Positions 1-10,272 of a DNA stretch of 64,000 nt are shown in pieces. The DNA is from Myxococcota bacterium. Lineage in GTDB: Bacteria > Myxococcota_A > Polyangia > DASYRF01. The notes below the pieces were generated by a model that was not told the DNA's origin, did not search any database, and saw only the letters and a program-made list of their open reading frames with translations. Each line of letters opens with the position of its first letter. Position 1 is the first letter of the stretch. Location: assembly GCA_036004705.1 (NCBI GenBank), contig DASYRF010000518.1, positions 24 through 64,023 on the forward strand, given 5' to 3'. The translations under genes and the position numbers were made by a program.

Positions 1-22
1 GTAATTTTCGACCCACCCCCTT

Positions 23-316
23 GTGTGCAAACAAGGCGCTCTCCGGAGCTCCGGCGACCGGCTTATGTGCATACCAGGCGCCTTCCGGAGCTCCGGCGAC
101 CGGCGTGTGTGCACACCAGACGCCCTCCGGCGCTCCGGCGAGCGGCGTGTGTGCACACCAGACGCCCTCCGGCGCTCCGGCGGCCGGCATGTGTGTACAC
201 CAGGCGCCCTCCGGAGCTCCGGCGAGCGGCGTGTGTGCACACCAGGCGTCCTCCAGAGCTCCGGTCAGCGCCATGTGTGCACACCAAACGCGCGCCGGCG
301 CTCCGGCGACCCGCTG
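23..316. repeat. Tandem array of 7 copies of a 42-bp unit; each unit carries two different palindromes (GTGTGCACAC and CCGGAGCTCCGG or CCGGCGCTCCGG) whose centres alternate every 21 bp
   Basis: Read directly. Units start at 23, 65, 107, 149, 191, 233 and 275. Units 3 and 4 are near-identical and the edge units are degenerate. The array decays after about 316. The left context is cut by the window edge. Confidence 0.9.
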
Positions 317-627
317 GTGCGCTCAAGCGCCGCTCAACCTGCGCTCCCCGCGCTCCTGCTGCGCATCGCACGCGTCCACTCTGCCACCCCGACAGCGGTG
401 CTGCGCTGTATGACGAGCCGACCTGCCGCCGGCGCGCGCCTGCCGGACACGCACGCCTTGCGACCTGCCCCCGACGGCCATCCACAGCGCCCCTCCCGCG
501 CCCGAACCTCGGGCAGGCCCCACACCCTTGGGTGGCCCGGACATCCGCGTGCACGCTCGACGCCGACGCCGACTCACGACGCCGAGCACGACGCCCACGG
601 CGGGCGTGAGCGCCGTGCAACGGGAGC

Positions 628-1194
628 CTACATGCACATGCCGACGCCGGAAGCGTGGTCGCAGTGGTAATCGACGTCAGCCGGCGTTGCCATGGGGTCG
701 GCGGCATACCCGCAGTGCGTGGCGCGGCAACCAGCCGTCGCGGGGGGGAGCAGCGAGCAGTCCGCGAGGCAATCGACCAGCGGCGTGGCGCTGCCGGTGA
801 AGAGGTACGTGTCGTCGGTCGAGCACGTGACCGTGTAGCAGGTGCACCAGTCGGTACACTCCATGGACGGGGACGGCGAGGCGTCGCTGCCGGGCGCGGC
901 GTCGCTGCCGGGCGCGGCGTCGCTGGACGTGGCGACCGCGTCGGTCGACGTCATGGCGTCGTGACCGCTGTCATCAAAGAACAATTCCGCGTCTGGTTCG
1001 TCGTCGGAGGCGTCCGTGCCGGCGGAGGCGTCGCTGCCGGTGGGCGCCTGGCAGGTGCCGGTCGCGTCGCACACGAGGCCGCCGTTGCAATCCTTCGTCG
1101 TGTCGCAGCGGTCGCCGAGCGCGCCCCGCTTGCAGCCGACCCCGCTCGTCAGCGCGGCCGTCAGGGCCACCGCGAGCCATCCGATGTTCTTCAT
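628..1194 (-). CDS. Cys-rich secreted lipoprotein, function unknown
   Basis: ATG at 1194 with GGGAGA upstream. The N-terminus MKNIGWLAVALTAALTSGVGC is a signal peptide plus lipobox Cys. Module GDRCDTTKDCNGGLVCDATGTC is shared with the next two genes upstream. An Asp/Ser/Ala-rich linker is followed by a Cys-rich C-terminal domain. Confidence 0.7.
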   Translation of the reverse strand: MKNIGWLAVALTAALTSGVGCKRGALGDRCDTTKDCNGGLVCDATGTCQAPTGSDASAGTDASDDEPDAELFFDDSGHDAMTSTDAVATSSDAAPGSDAAPGSDASPSPSMECTDWCTCYTVTCSTDDTYLFTGSATPLVDCLADCSLLPPATAGCRATHCGYAADPMATPADVDYHCDHASGVGMCM

Positions 1195-1331
1195 GTCGTC
1201 TCCCGGCGCGGTGAACCCTCCGCAAGAGAAGCTCCGCGAGAACCTTCCGTCAAGCCGTCATAGGGCGCTTCAGACCGCCCGCGGCGCGAGACGGTCGCGC
1301 TCCACCTCGTCCAGACTACCGGGGCGGGGGC

Positions 1332-2006
1332 TCACCCGACGGGGCAGACGCTGCCGCCGAAGCAGCCGTCGAGGGGCGGGCCGGTGCAGCACATCTCGCC
1401 GGCGCCGCAGCAGAGGCCGGCGCAGCAGGGCGTACCGTCGGAGCAGATCGTGCCGAGGGTGCACGCGTCGCCGGGGCCGGGGCCGCTGTCGATGCCGCCG
1501 GTGCCGGCGTCGGTGCCGGGGGGCGGGATCATCACGCAGCAGCCGCCGGGCGCGCAGGCGGCGCCGGGCGGGCAGTCGAGGTCCGTCATGCAGGCGGGGA
1601 AGCAGATGACACCGCCGCTGTCGGCGCCACCGCTGCCGCCGCTGTCGGCGCTGGTGCCGCCGCCGGCGTCGGTGCCGGTCGGCGACGAGTCCAGAGACAT
1701 CATCGTGGCGTCGGTGCCGGAAAGGGCGTCGGTGCCGGGGACGGCGTCGCTCCCGGGGACGGCGTCGCTGCCGGGCGGGACGGCGTCGGTGCCGGGCGAG
1801 GCGTCGCTGCCGGCGGGGTTCGTGCAGGTGCGCGTCTGCGGGTCGCACACCAGGCCGCGCGCACAGTCGCTCGTCGCGTCGCAGGCCTCGCCCACACCGG
1901 CCCCGCCGCACTGGCACCCCGCCAGAGCCAGCGCCAGAGCCAGAGCCAGAGCCAGCGCCAGCGCCAGACCCGTCGCCGCCAAAGCCGGGACGGGGCGCCG
2001 CCGCAT
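1332..2006 (-). CDS. Cys-rich secreted lipoprotein, function unknown
   Basis: Only the last 224 codons of track ORF 1332..3521 look coding. ATG at 2006 has GAAGGAG about 7 nt upstream. MRRRPVPALAATGLALALALALALALALAGC is a lipoprotein signal. Module CGGAGVGEACDATSDCARGLVCDPQTRTC follows, then a (G/P)(S/T)DA(V/L) repeat linker and a very Cys-rich tail (CCAGLCCGAGEMCC). Confidence 0.7.
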   Translation of the reverse strand: MRRRPVPALAATGLALALALALALALALAGCQCGGAGVGEACDATSDCARGLVCDPQTRTCTNPAGSDASPGTDAVPPGSDAVPGSDAVPGTDALSGTDATMMSLDSSPTGTDAGGGTSADSGGSGGADSGGVICFPACMTDLDCPPGAACAPGGCCVMIPPPGTDAGTGGIDSGPGPGDACTLGTICSDGTPCCAGLCCGAGEMCCTGPPLDGCFGGSVCPVG

Positions 2007-2029
2007 CGCTCCTTCTCGGCCGCCGACTT

Positions 2030-3871
2030 TCACAGCTCGTCGGGGCCGATGTCCACGGCCGGGCCGATCGGGCGCGCGTCGCCGTCGAAGTCCACGGGCG
2101 GGGCGCTCGTCGACGTGCCGGCGTTCACGCACGGCGAGCCGGCGGTCAGGTGCCAGTCGCCGCTGGGCATGGGCAGGTCCGCCACCAGAAGCGGGTCGGC
2201 GCTCAGGTTCGCGCTCACGCCGCCGGCGATGTCGGTCAATCCGTTCACGGCGGCGATGGTCGTCAGCGGCGTGCTGTTCTCGTCCCAGTACAGCACGTCG
2301 TTCGTGCTGAACCCCATGAGCGGCAGGAAGTAGAGGTCGTTGTTCTCGAACGCCACGGGGTCGGCCTGCAGGCCGGCGCCGTTGTCTTCGTACAGGCCGT
2401 AGCGGTTCAGGTTCCAGCCGCCGTTCAGGAGGTTGTTGCGGATGGAGCCGACGATGGCGTTGCCGAACGTGCTCGACAGCACGAGCCCGACGCTGTCGCA
2501 GCACAGGTTCGCCGCGGGCGGGAAGCCGCCGCCGTTGCAGTAGTTGCCGTTCAGCTCGACGGGGTTCGAGCCGCCCTCCCCTTGCAACAGCCCGCAGCCG
2601 GCCTGCTGCGGCCCTGAGCCGCCGTAGGCGACGTTGTTGGTGACGACGGCCATCGCCCCCACAGTAATGATGCCGCCGCACCAGTCGGTCGGCGCTTCGC
2701 ACGCCCCGCCGTCGACGTAGTTGTCGTCGATGGTGATCGTCCCCTGCGTCTGGATGCCGCGGCTCCAGCCGCCCGCCGACGTGCCGGCGAAGATGACGTT
2801 GTAGTGGACGACGGTACCGGCGCCGGCGTCCCAGGTGCGGATGCCGAAGGAGCGCTGCGCGTCGCCGCCGGTCAGCGTGTTGTTGACGATGTCCGCCACG
2901 GGGGTCGTGCCGTCGAGGTGCACGGCCGCTGACGCGCCGCCGGCGGGAGCCACGCCGCCGGTGACGGTGTTGCTGTCGATGAGCACGCCGACCGCGGCGC
3001 TCATCGGGCCGCTGACGTGGATGCCGACGGTGTCGCCGGCGACCGGGTCGCCGCCGTTGACGGTGTCGTTGCTGATGACGCCGGTGCCGCCTTCGACGGT
3101 GACGGCGGCGTTGATGTTGTCGCCGGTGCCGTCGGCGCCGTTGATGCGGAAGCCGTCGATGGCGGTGGCGCGCGTGATGCTGTCGCCCATGTGCACGCCG
3201 TTCGCGTCCACGTCGTCGATGGCGCTGTCGTACATGGACGGGTCGCGCACCCAGCCCACCGGCTCGTAGCCGCCCAAGAGCGAGATGCCTTCGACGAGGT
3301 CGATGTCTTCGCCGTAGTGGCCGAAGGCGACGAAGACGTCGACGCCGCCGCCGATGGTGATGGCGTGGGCGATGCCCTCGTTGATGGTCTGCACGGGCAG
3401 CGCCTGCGTGCCGGGGTTGTTGTCGTCGCCGGTGGACGAAGACACGTAGGTGCCGAGCCCCATGCACAGGCCCACCGGGTCGGCCATGCCGTCGCAGTCG
3501 TTGTCGGCGGCGTCGCCGCATTGCTCGGTGTTGCCGGAGAAGTTGTTCGGGTCGGCGTCGTCGCAGTCGCCGGCGCAGGTGGGCTGGCCGTCGCCGTCGG
3601 CGTCGGCTTCGTCGGCGGGGACGACGCCGTCACAGTCGTCGTCGAGACCGTTGCACGTCTCCGAGCCGGTCGGCACGCAGGCGGTGCCACCGTCGCCGGT
3701 GACGGCCACGCACACGCCCAGGGCCGGATCGCACATGAGCCCCGCGTCGCAGTCGCTGTCGGAACCGCAGGGCTCGCCGATGCCCGCACCGCCGCAGCGG
3801 CAGCCCGCCGCCAGCGACAGAAGCGCCGCCAGCGACACCAGCGCCACCGCACCGCTCAGAAGCCGCCACAT
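2030..3871 (-). CDS. Right-handed parallel beta-helix lipoprotein with an N-terminal Cys module and a MopE-like CxGxDDDCDG metal-binding-type motif
   Basis: ATG at 3871 with AGGAAGGGA upstream. Signal and lipobox: MWRLLSGAVALVSLAALLSLAAGC. Motifs: CGGAGIGEPCGSDSDCDAGLMCDP, CNGLDDDCDG and CGDAADNDCDG. Long G/N/T/V-rich repeats are typical of pectate-lyase-fold beta-helices. The C-terminus is GDWHLTAGSPCVNAG..DFDGDARP..DIGPDE. Confidence 0.8.
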   Translation of the reverse strand: MWRLLSGAVALVSLAALLSLAAGCRCGGAGIGEPCGSDSDCDAGLMCDPALGVCVAVTGDGGTACVPTGSETCNGLDDDCDGVVPADEADADGDGQPTCAGDCDDADPNNFSGNTEQCGDAADNDCDGMADPVGLCMGLGTYVSSSTGDDNNPGTQALPVQTINEGIAHAITIGGGVDVFVAFGHYGEDIDLVEGISLLGGYEPVGWVRDPSMYDSAIDDVDANGVHMGDSITRATAIDGFRINGADGTGDNINAAVTVEGGTGVISNDTVNGGDPVAGDTVGIHVSGPMSAAVGVLIDSNTVTGGVAPAGGASAAVHLDGTTPVADIVNNTLTGGDAQRSFGIRTWDAGAGTVVHYNVIFAGTSAGGWSRGIQTQGTITIDDNYVDGGACEAPTDWCGGIITVGAMAVVTNNVAYGGSGPQQAGCGLLQGEGGSNPVELNGNYCNGGGFPPAANLCCDSVGLVLSSTFGNAIVGSIRNNLLNGGWNLNRYGLYEDNGAGLQADPVAFENNDLYFLPLMGFSTNDVLYWDENSTPLTTIAAVNGLTDIAGGVSANLSADPLLVADLPMPSGDWHLTAGSPCVNAGTSTSAPPVDFDGDARPIGPAVDIGPDEL

Positions 3872-3980
3872 GATCGGTCCCTTCCTGCCGGGCGCAGGCG
3901 CGCCGGCGAGTGGATCCCCGGGGGCATCCGTTGGTTATTCGATTGTCCGATACCGGAATGATAGCACGTGGGCGGGACTG

Positions 3981-5726
3981 TCAGAAGGCTTCGTCGGGGC
4001 CGACGTCCACGCCCGCGCCGAGTGGGCGCGCGTCGCCGTCGAAGTCGAGCGGCGGCGCGCCGGCGGCGGTGCCGGCGTCGATGCAGGGCGAGCCGGCCAG
4101 GAGGTGGAAGTCGCCGCCGGGCCCCTCGGCCACGAGCAGCGGGTCGGCGGCGAAGTTGCCGGCGGCGGTGGTGTCGGCGAGCGCGTCCACGGCGGCGATG
4201 GTGGCGACGGGCGTGGCGTCCTCGTCGAGGTAGAGCACGTCGTTGGGCGCGCCGGCGAGCGGCGCGAACCAGAAGTCGTTCGACTCCAGGAAGAGCGGGT
4301 CGGCTTCGAAGCCGCCGGCGGCGCCGCCGCTCGCCTCCAGCACGCCGTAGCGATCGAGATTGCGGCCGGCGGCGAGGACGTCGTTGCGCACCGCGGTGGC
4401 GGTGACGTCGGCGGCGGTGCCGCGCAGCAACAGAGCCGCGCTCTCGCCGGCCAGCGTGGCCAGGGCGAAGGCGCCGCCGCCGCCGCAGTAGTTGGCGTTC
4501 AGCTCCACGAGCGGGGCGGGCGCGCCCGAGCCCCCGTCCAGCACGGCGCAACCGGCGGTCATCAGCCCGGTGCCGCCGTCGGCGACGTTGTTGGTGACGA
4601 CCGCGGCGGCGCCGACGAGGAAGATCCCGCCGCCCCAGTCGGCGGGTGCCTCGCCGTACCCGCCGTCGACGACGTTGGCGTCGAGTGCGATCGTCCCGCC
4701 GGCCTCGATGCCGCGGCTCCAGCCGCCCTGCGAATCGCCGGCGCCGACGACGCTGCCGCGCACGACGGTGCCGGGCCCGGCGTCGGGTGCGCGCACGCCC
4801 CACGAATAGACGCCGTCGCCGGCGCCGATCTCGGCGCCGTCCACTTCCGCGACCGGTCCGGCGCCGTCGAGCCATAGCCCGGTCGAGGCCAGGACGGCGT
4901 CGCCGCCTTCGACGACACATCCGGCGACGAGAACGCCGGCGGGGTCGTTGGACGGGCCGACCACGCGCAGCCCGACCGACTCGCCGTCGCCGACGTTGGG
5001 CCCGGTGAAGACGACGCCGGTGAGGGCCGGCGTGCCGCCCGAGACGGTGGCGGCGGCGGCGATGGGCCCCGGTCCGCCGCTCCAGCCCAGCACGTAGAAG
5101 CCGTCGAGGCGCGTGGCGCGCGTGACGGTGTCGGGGACGGTCAGCCCGTCGTCGTCTTGGCCGGCGATGGTGCTGCCGTAGAGCGCGGGGTCGCGCGCCC
5201 AGGCGGCGGGCTCGAATCCGCCGAGCAGCGAAACGCCTTCGTGCAGCGTCACGTCCTCCGCGTAATAGCCGTAGGCGACGCGAACGGTCACGTCGGGCGG
5301 CGGCGCGACGCCGCCCGCGGCGGCGGCGGCGGCGGCGATGGCGAGCGCGTTGGCCGTGCCGGCGGCGATCGTCTGCACGGGGAGCGCTTGGGTCCCGGGG
5401 TTGGCGTCGTCGCCGGTGGTGCCGGACACGAACGTCCCCAGGCCCGCGCAGGGGACCGCGGGATCAGCGGCGCCGTCGCAGTCGTCATCGGCGCCGTTGC
5501 CGCAGATCTCGAGGCCGGCGGGGAGGCAGCCGGCACCGCCGTCGGCGGCGGCGTCAGCGGCGGCATCGGCAGCGGCGTCGGCGTCGGCCTCGGTCTCGGC
5601 ATCGGCTTCGGCGTCGGGGGTGGCGTCGGCCGGGGTGGCGTCGGCGGGGTGTCGTCCGGGTCCGCAGCCTGCGCCGAGCCCCGTGAGCACCAGGAGGACG
5701 CCAAGCGCTCCGGGCGAGCGAAGCAA
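3981..5726 (-). CDS. Right-handed parallel beta-helix lipoprotein, tandem paralogue of 2030-3871
   Basis: TTG start at 5726, 3 nt after the glgA-like stop. Signal and lipobox: MLRSPGALGVLLVLTGLGAGC. CGNGADDDCDG motif is present. It shares the segment NPGTQALPVQTI and the C-terminus GDFHLLAGSPCIDAG..DFDGDARP..DVGPDE with the neighbouring paralogue. Confidence 0.8.
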   Translation of the reverse strand: MLRSPGALGVLLVLTGLGAGCGPGRHPADATPADATPDAEADAETEADADAAADAAADAAADGGAGCLPAGLEICGNGADDDCDGAADPAVPCAGLGTFVSGTTGDDANPGTQALPVQTIAAGTANALAIAAAAAAAGGVAPPPDVTVRVAYGYYAEDVTLHEGVSLLGGFEPAAWARDPALYGSTIAGQDDDGLTVPDTVTRATRLDGFYVLGWSGGPGPIAAAATVSGGTPALTGVVFTGPNVGDGESVGLRVVGPSNDPAGVLVAGCVVEGGDAVLASTGLWLDGAGPVAEVDGAEIGAGDGVYSWGVRAPDAGPGTVVRGSVVGAGDSQGGWSRGIEAGGTIALDANVVDGGYGEAPADWGGGIFLVGAAAVVTNNVADGGTGLMTAGCAVLDGGSGAPAPLVELNANYCGGGGAFALATLAGESAALLLRGTAADVTATAVRNDVLAAGRNLDRYGVLEASGGAAGGFEADPLFLESNDFWFAPLAGAPNDVLYLDEDATPVATIAAVDALADTTAAGNFAADPLLVAEGPGGDFHLLAGSPCIDAGTAAGAPPLDFDGDARPLGAGVDVGPDEAF

Positions 5727-5729
5727 GGG

Positions 5730-7438
<1,709 letters not shown>

Positions 7439-7442
<4 letters not shown>

Positions 7443-8443
7443 GCCGTGACCTTCCGCAGGAACTCCGCCGCGCTTTCCGGCGCGACGGGATTGATGTGAA
7501 AACCGCTCCCCCACTCGAACCCGGCCACCGTCCCCAGCACCGGCATCAGCTCCAGGTGCCAGTGGAAGTGCGGCAGGTCCCGTTCCCCGAGCGGGGCCGT
7601 GTGCAGCATTAGATGATACGGCGGGCGGTCGAGCGCGCCGTCCACTTTGCGCAGCACGGCGCGCAGCACCTCGGCCAGCGCGCCGTACGAGGCGCGCGGC
7701 TCGTGCTCGAACGCCGCCGCGTGCCGGCGCGGCAGCACGCAGCACTCGAACGGCGAGCGCGCCGCCCAGGGGCACACGGCCACGAACTGGTCGTTCGCCA
7801 GCACCACGCGCCCGCCGTCGCCCTCGCTCAGCTCCTGCTCGACGACGTCGCACCAGATGCAGCGGTCGCGCCGGTCCCAGTGGGCGCGCCCGCCCGCCAG
7901 CTCGTCGCGCACCGTCGCCGGGATGACCGGCAGCGCGATGATCTGCGAGTGCGCGTGCCCGACCGTCGACCCCGCCGCGCTGCCGTGGTTCTTGAACGCC
8001 AGCAGGTAACGGAAGCGTCCGTCTTTGGACAGGTCGAGCATGCGATCGCGCCACGCCGCCAGCACCGCTTCGATCTCGCCCGCGCTCAGGTCGCCCAGCG
8101 CGCGCTCGTGATGGGGCGTTTCGATGACCACCTCGTGCGCCCCCACGCCGTTCATCCGGTCGTAGACCCCGCGCCCCTTCTTGTCCAGGTCGCCTTCGAC
8201 CATCAGCGCCGGGTAGCGGTTCGGCACCACGCGCACGCTCCAGCCAGGCCCGTTGGGCGCGCCGCCGGGGGCGCGGTAGGCGAGCACCTCGCGGGGCGTG
8301 CGCTCTTCGGCGCCCGGGCAGAACGGACAGGTGCGCGCGTCGGCGGCGTCGTGCTCCACGGCAAAATCCTGCGGGCGGCGCGCGCGCTCGGTGGCGATGA
8401 TGACCCACCGTCCCACTACGGGGTCTTTCCGCAGCTCCGGCAT
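7439..8443 (-). CDS. Galactose-1-phosphate uridylyltransferase family (HIT superfamily) nucleotidyl transferase or phosphorylase
   Basis: ATG at 8443 (MPELRKDPVVGRWVIIA). CPFCPG Zn motif, VVPNRYPA, and HIT-type HAHSQ histidine motif are present. The stop overlaps the glgA-like start. Confidence 0.85.
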
Positions 8444-8486
8444 CAGCGCCACCGCCCCGCGACGGCGTCCTTGCGCAGCTCCGCCA

Positions 8487-10226
8487 TCAGCGCCACCACC
8501 GCGGGTCGACGTCCGGGAACAGCCGGTCGCGCGCCTCGAGAGCGCCGAGGAAGTCACGGTCGGCGTCGCTCAACGGGCCGCGCTCGGCGTCGCGCGCCAG
8601 GCGCGCCAACCGCTCGCGGTCGGCGGCGTGCACGCGCACGCGCCGCTCGGCGTAATCCGCCGCCGTGCCCACGGTCATCAAGAACGGCCAGTCGCTCGCC
8701 TCCAGAAGCAGGAGCGCGCGTGCGTGTTGGCGACGGGCGCGGCGCGCCAGCTCCGCCTCCGGACTACCGTTCGTCGCGGCCTCCTCGCGCGCCGCCAGCT
8801 CGGCGGCGTCGCGCTCGCCCGGGCGGATGAGGTCCCACACCCACTGCACCTCGGCGTTGGCCCAGACACGGTGGTCGCCGCCCAGCCCCCAGCTCCCCTC
8901 CGGCAGCGCCGCCGCCGGCTGCATGGTCCCGCTCGCCGCGTGGTCGGCCTCGCGCTCCTCCAGCGTGGCCATGACCACGCCTCGCCGGTCCAGCTCCTCG
9001 ACGAGCGCGCCCAAGAAGGCGACCCCCTCGAACCACCAGTGGCCGAAGAGCTCCGTGTCGAAGGGCGCGCACACCGTGCCGGCGTGGCCGCCCGCGGCGC
9101 GATGCGCGGCGAGCTCGGCTTGCACGAGGCCGGCGAAGTGCTCGGCGTGGGCGCGCGCGCGCGCGGCGGCGGCGGCCGGCTCGTAGTCGGCCTTCTTGCC
9201 CATGTCGACGCGCGGGCCGGTGACGCGCCAGTAGCGGTGCCCGCCGGGGTGGTGCTTCTTGTGGAAGTCCAGGTAGGCGGGGTCGCCGGGATAGCCTTCG
9301 TCGGCGCTCCAGACGCGCCGCGCCGCTTCGGCGTGGCGGGCGAACGCGCGGGCGCGCACGCCCTCGTCGTGCGCGTCGCCCACGTCGGCGGGGTCGTAGG
9401 CGTCGAGCTTGACGGTGGCGGGCGGCGCTTCGTGCGGCTCCTTCCAGGCGACCAGCCGCGGCGCGGCGGCGCCGGCGAACACGAGATAGGGCGACGGGGC
9501 GGGGACGGCGGCGCCGAAGAGGTGCGCGTCGACGACGAAATGGCGGAGCCCCTGCGCGGCGAGCGCCGCCTCCAGCCCGGGGCGATAGGCGCACTCCGGC
9601 AGCCATATCCCGCGCGGCGCGTGGCCGAAGAGTCGCGTGTGCGAGGCGACCGCCGTGCGCAGCTGCGCCGCCACCGCCGCGGCGGTCCCGAGCAGCGGCA
9701 GGTACCCGTGCGTGGCCGCGCACGTCATCAGCTCCACGGCGCCGCTGGCCTCGCGCCGGCGGAAGGCGCCGGCGAGGTCGCCGCGGTGGTCCTCGACGTA
9801 CGCGTGCAGCAGCGCGTCGAAGTGGTCGCGCCACACGGCCGCCTGGCGCGCGCGGTCCGGCGCGCCGGCGCCGAAGGCGCGGGCGTCCTCGGCGGCGGCG
9901 TCGCGCTTGCGGCCGAGATAGAGCCGCAGCTCGTGATCGAAGCGCGGGTCGGCGAGCTGCTCGGCGAGCACCGGCGACAGCGCAATCGTCCAACCGGGGC
10001 GAAGCCCGCGCGCGGCGAGGCGGTCGATCTCGGCGAGCAGCGGCAGGTAGCAGTCGGCGGCGGCCTCCAGCAGCCACTCGCTCCCGTGCGGCCAAGTGCC
10101 ATGGCCGAGCACGTAAGGGATGTGCGTATGCAGGACGAGGGCGAAGGCGTCGCTGGACGCGCGCGCGGCGGTGGCGGTGGCGGCGGCCGGGCCGCGGCCC
10201 TGCGAAGCGGGGGCGGGAAGGTTCAC
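8487..10226 (-). CDS. GH57-family 1,4-alpha-glucan branching enzyme-like protein
   Basis: GTG at 10226 with GGAGG 7 nt upstream; upstream in-frame sequence is Arg/Pro-rich junk. Conserved stretches: FALVLHTHIPYV, GSEWLLEAAADCYLPLL, GIWLPECAY, CAPFDTELFGHWWFEG, ASDWPFLM. Confidence 0.85.
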   Translation of the reverse strand: MNLPAPASQGRGPAAATATAARASSDAFALVLHTHIPYVLGHGTWPHGSEWLLEAAADCYLPLLAEIDRLAARGLRPGWTIALSPVLAEQLADPRFDHELRLYLGRKRDAAAEDARAFGAGAPDRARQAAVWRDHFDALLHAYVEDHRGDLAGAFRRREASGAVELMTCAATHGYLPLLGTAAAVAAQLRTAVASHTRLFGHAPRGIWLPECAYRPGLEAALAAQGLRHFVVDAHLFGAAVPAPSPYLVFAGAAAPRLVAWKEPHEAPPATVKLDAYDPADVGDAHDEGVRARAFARHAEAARRVWSADEGYPGDPAYLDFHKKHHPGGHRYWRVTGPRVDMGKKADYEPAAAAARARAHAEHFAGLVQAELAAHRAAGGHAGTVCAPFDTELFGHWWFEGVAFLGALVEELDRRGVVMATLEEREADHAASGTMQPAAALPEGSWGLGGDHRVWANAEVQWVWDLIRPGERDAAELAAREEAATNGSPEAELARRARRQHARALLLLEASDWPFLMTVGTAADYAERRVRVHAADRERLARLARDAERGPLSDADRDFLGALEARDRLFPDVDPRWWR

Positions 10227-10272
10227 GACGAGGCCTCCGAGCGCAGGATGACGAGGAACGGCGGCGCGAGGC

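Noticed and set aside
23-316. CRISPR array interpretation of the tandem repeats (also considered for 27662-27858)
   Set aside because: The units are directly abutting with no unique spacers between them, and no cas genes are in the window.
21-707. Six-frame ORFs across the 42-bp repeat (for example 21..413, 23..670, 25..609, 63..707)
   Set aside because: All frames on both strands are open and simply echo the 14-residue periodicity of the repeat. This is a property of the repeat, not evidence of a gene.
1270-4920. Long track ORFs 1332..3521(-) (upstream 500 codons), 1270..1917(-), 3001..3852(-), 3856..4920(-) and 3017..3961(+)
   Set aside because: Their translations are Arg/Pro/Ala/Gly-rich strings with no motifs. 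This is typical of out-of-frame or antisense reading of very GC-rich coding DNA. Another frame in the same place encodes coherent lipoproteins with signal peptides and conserved blocks.
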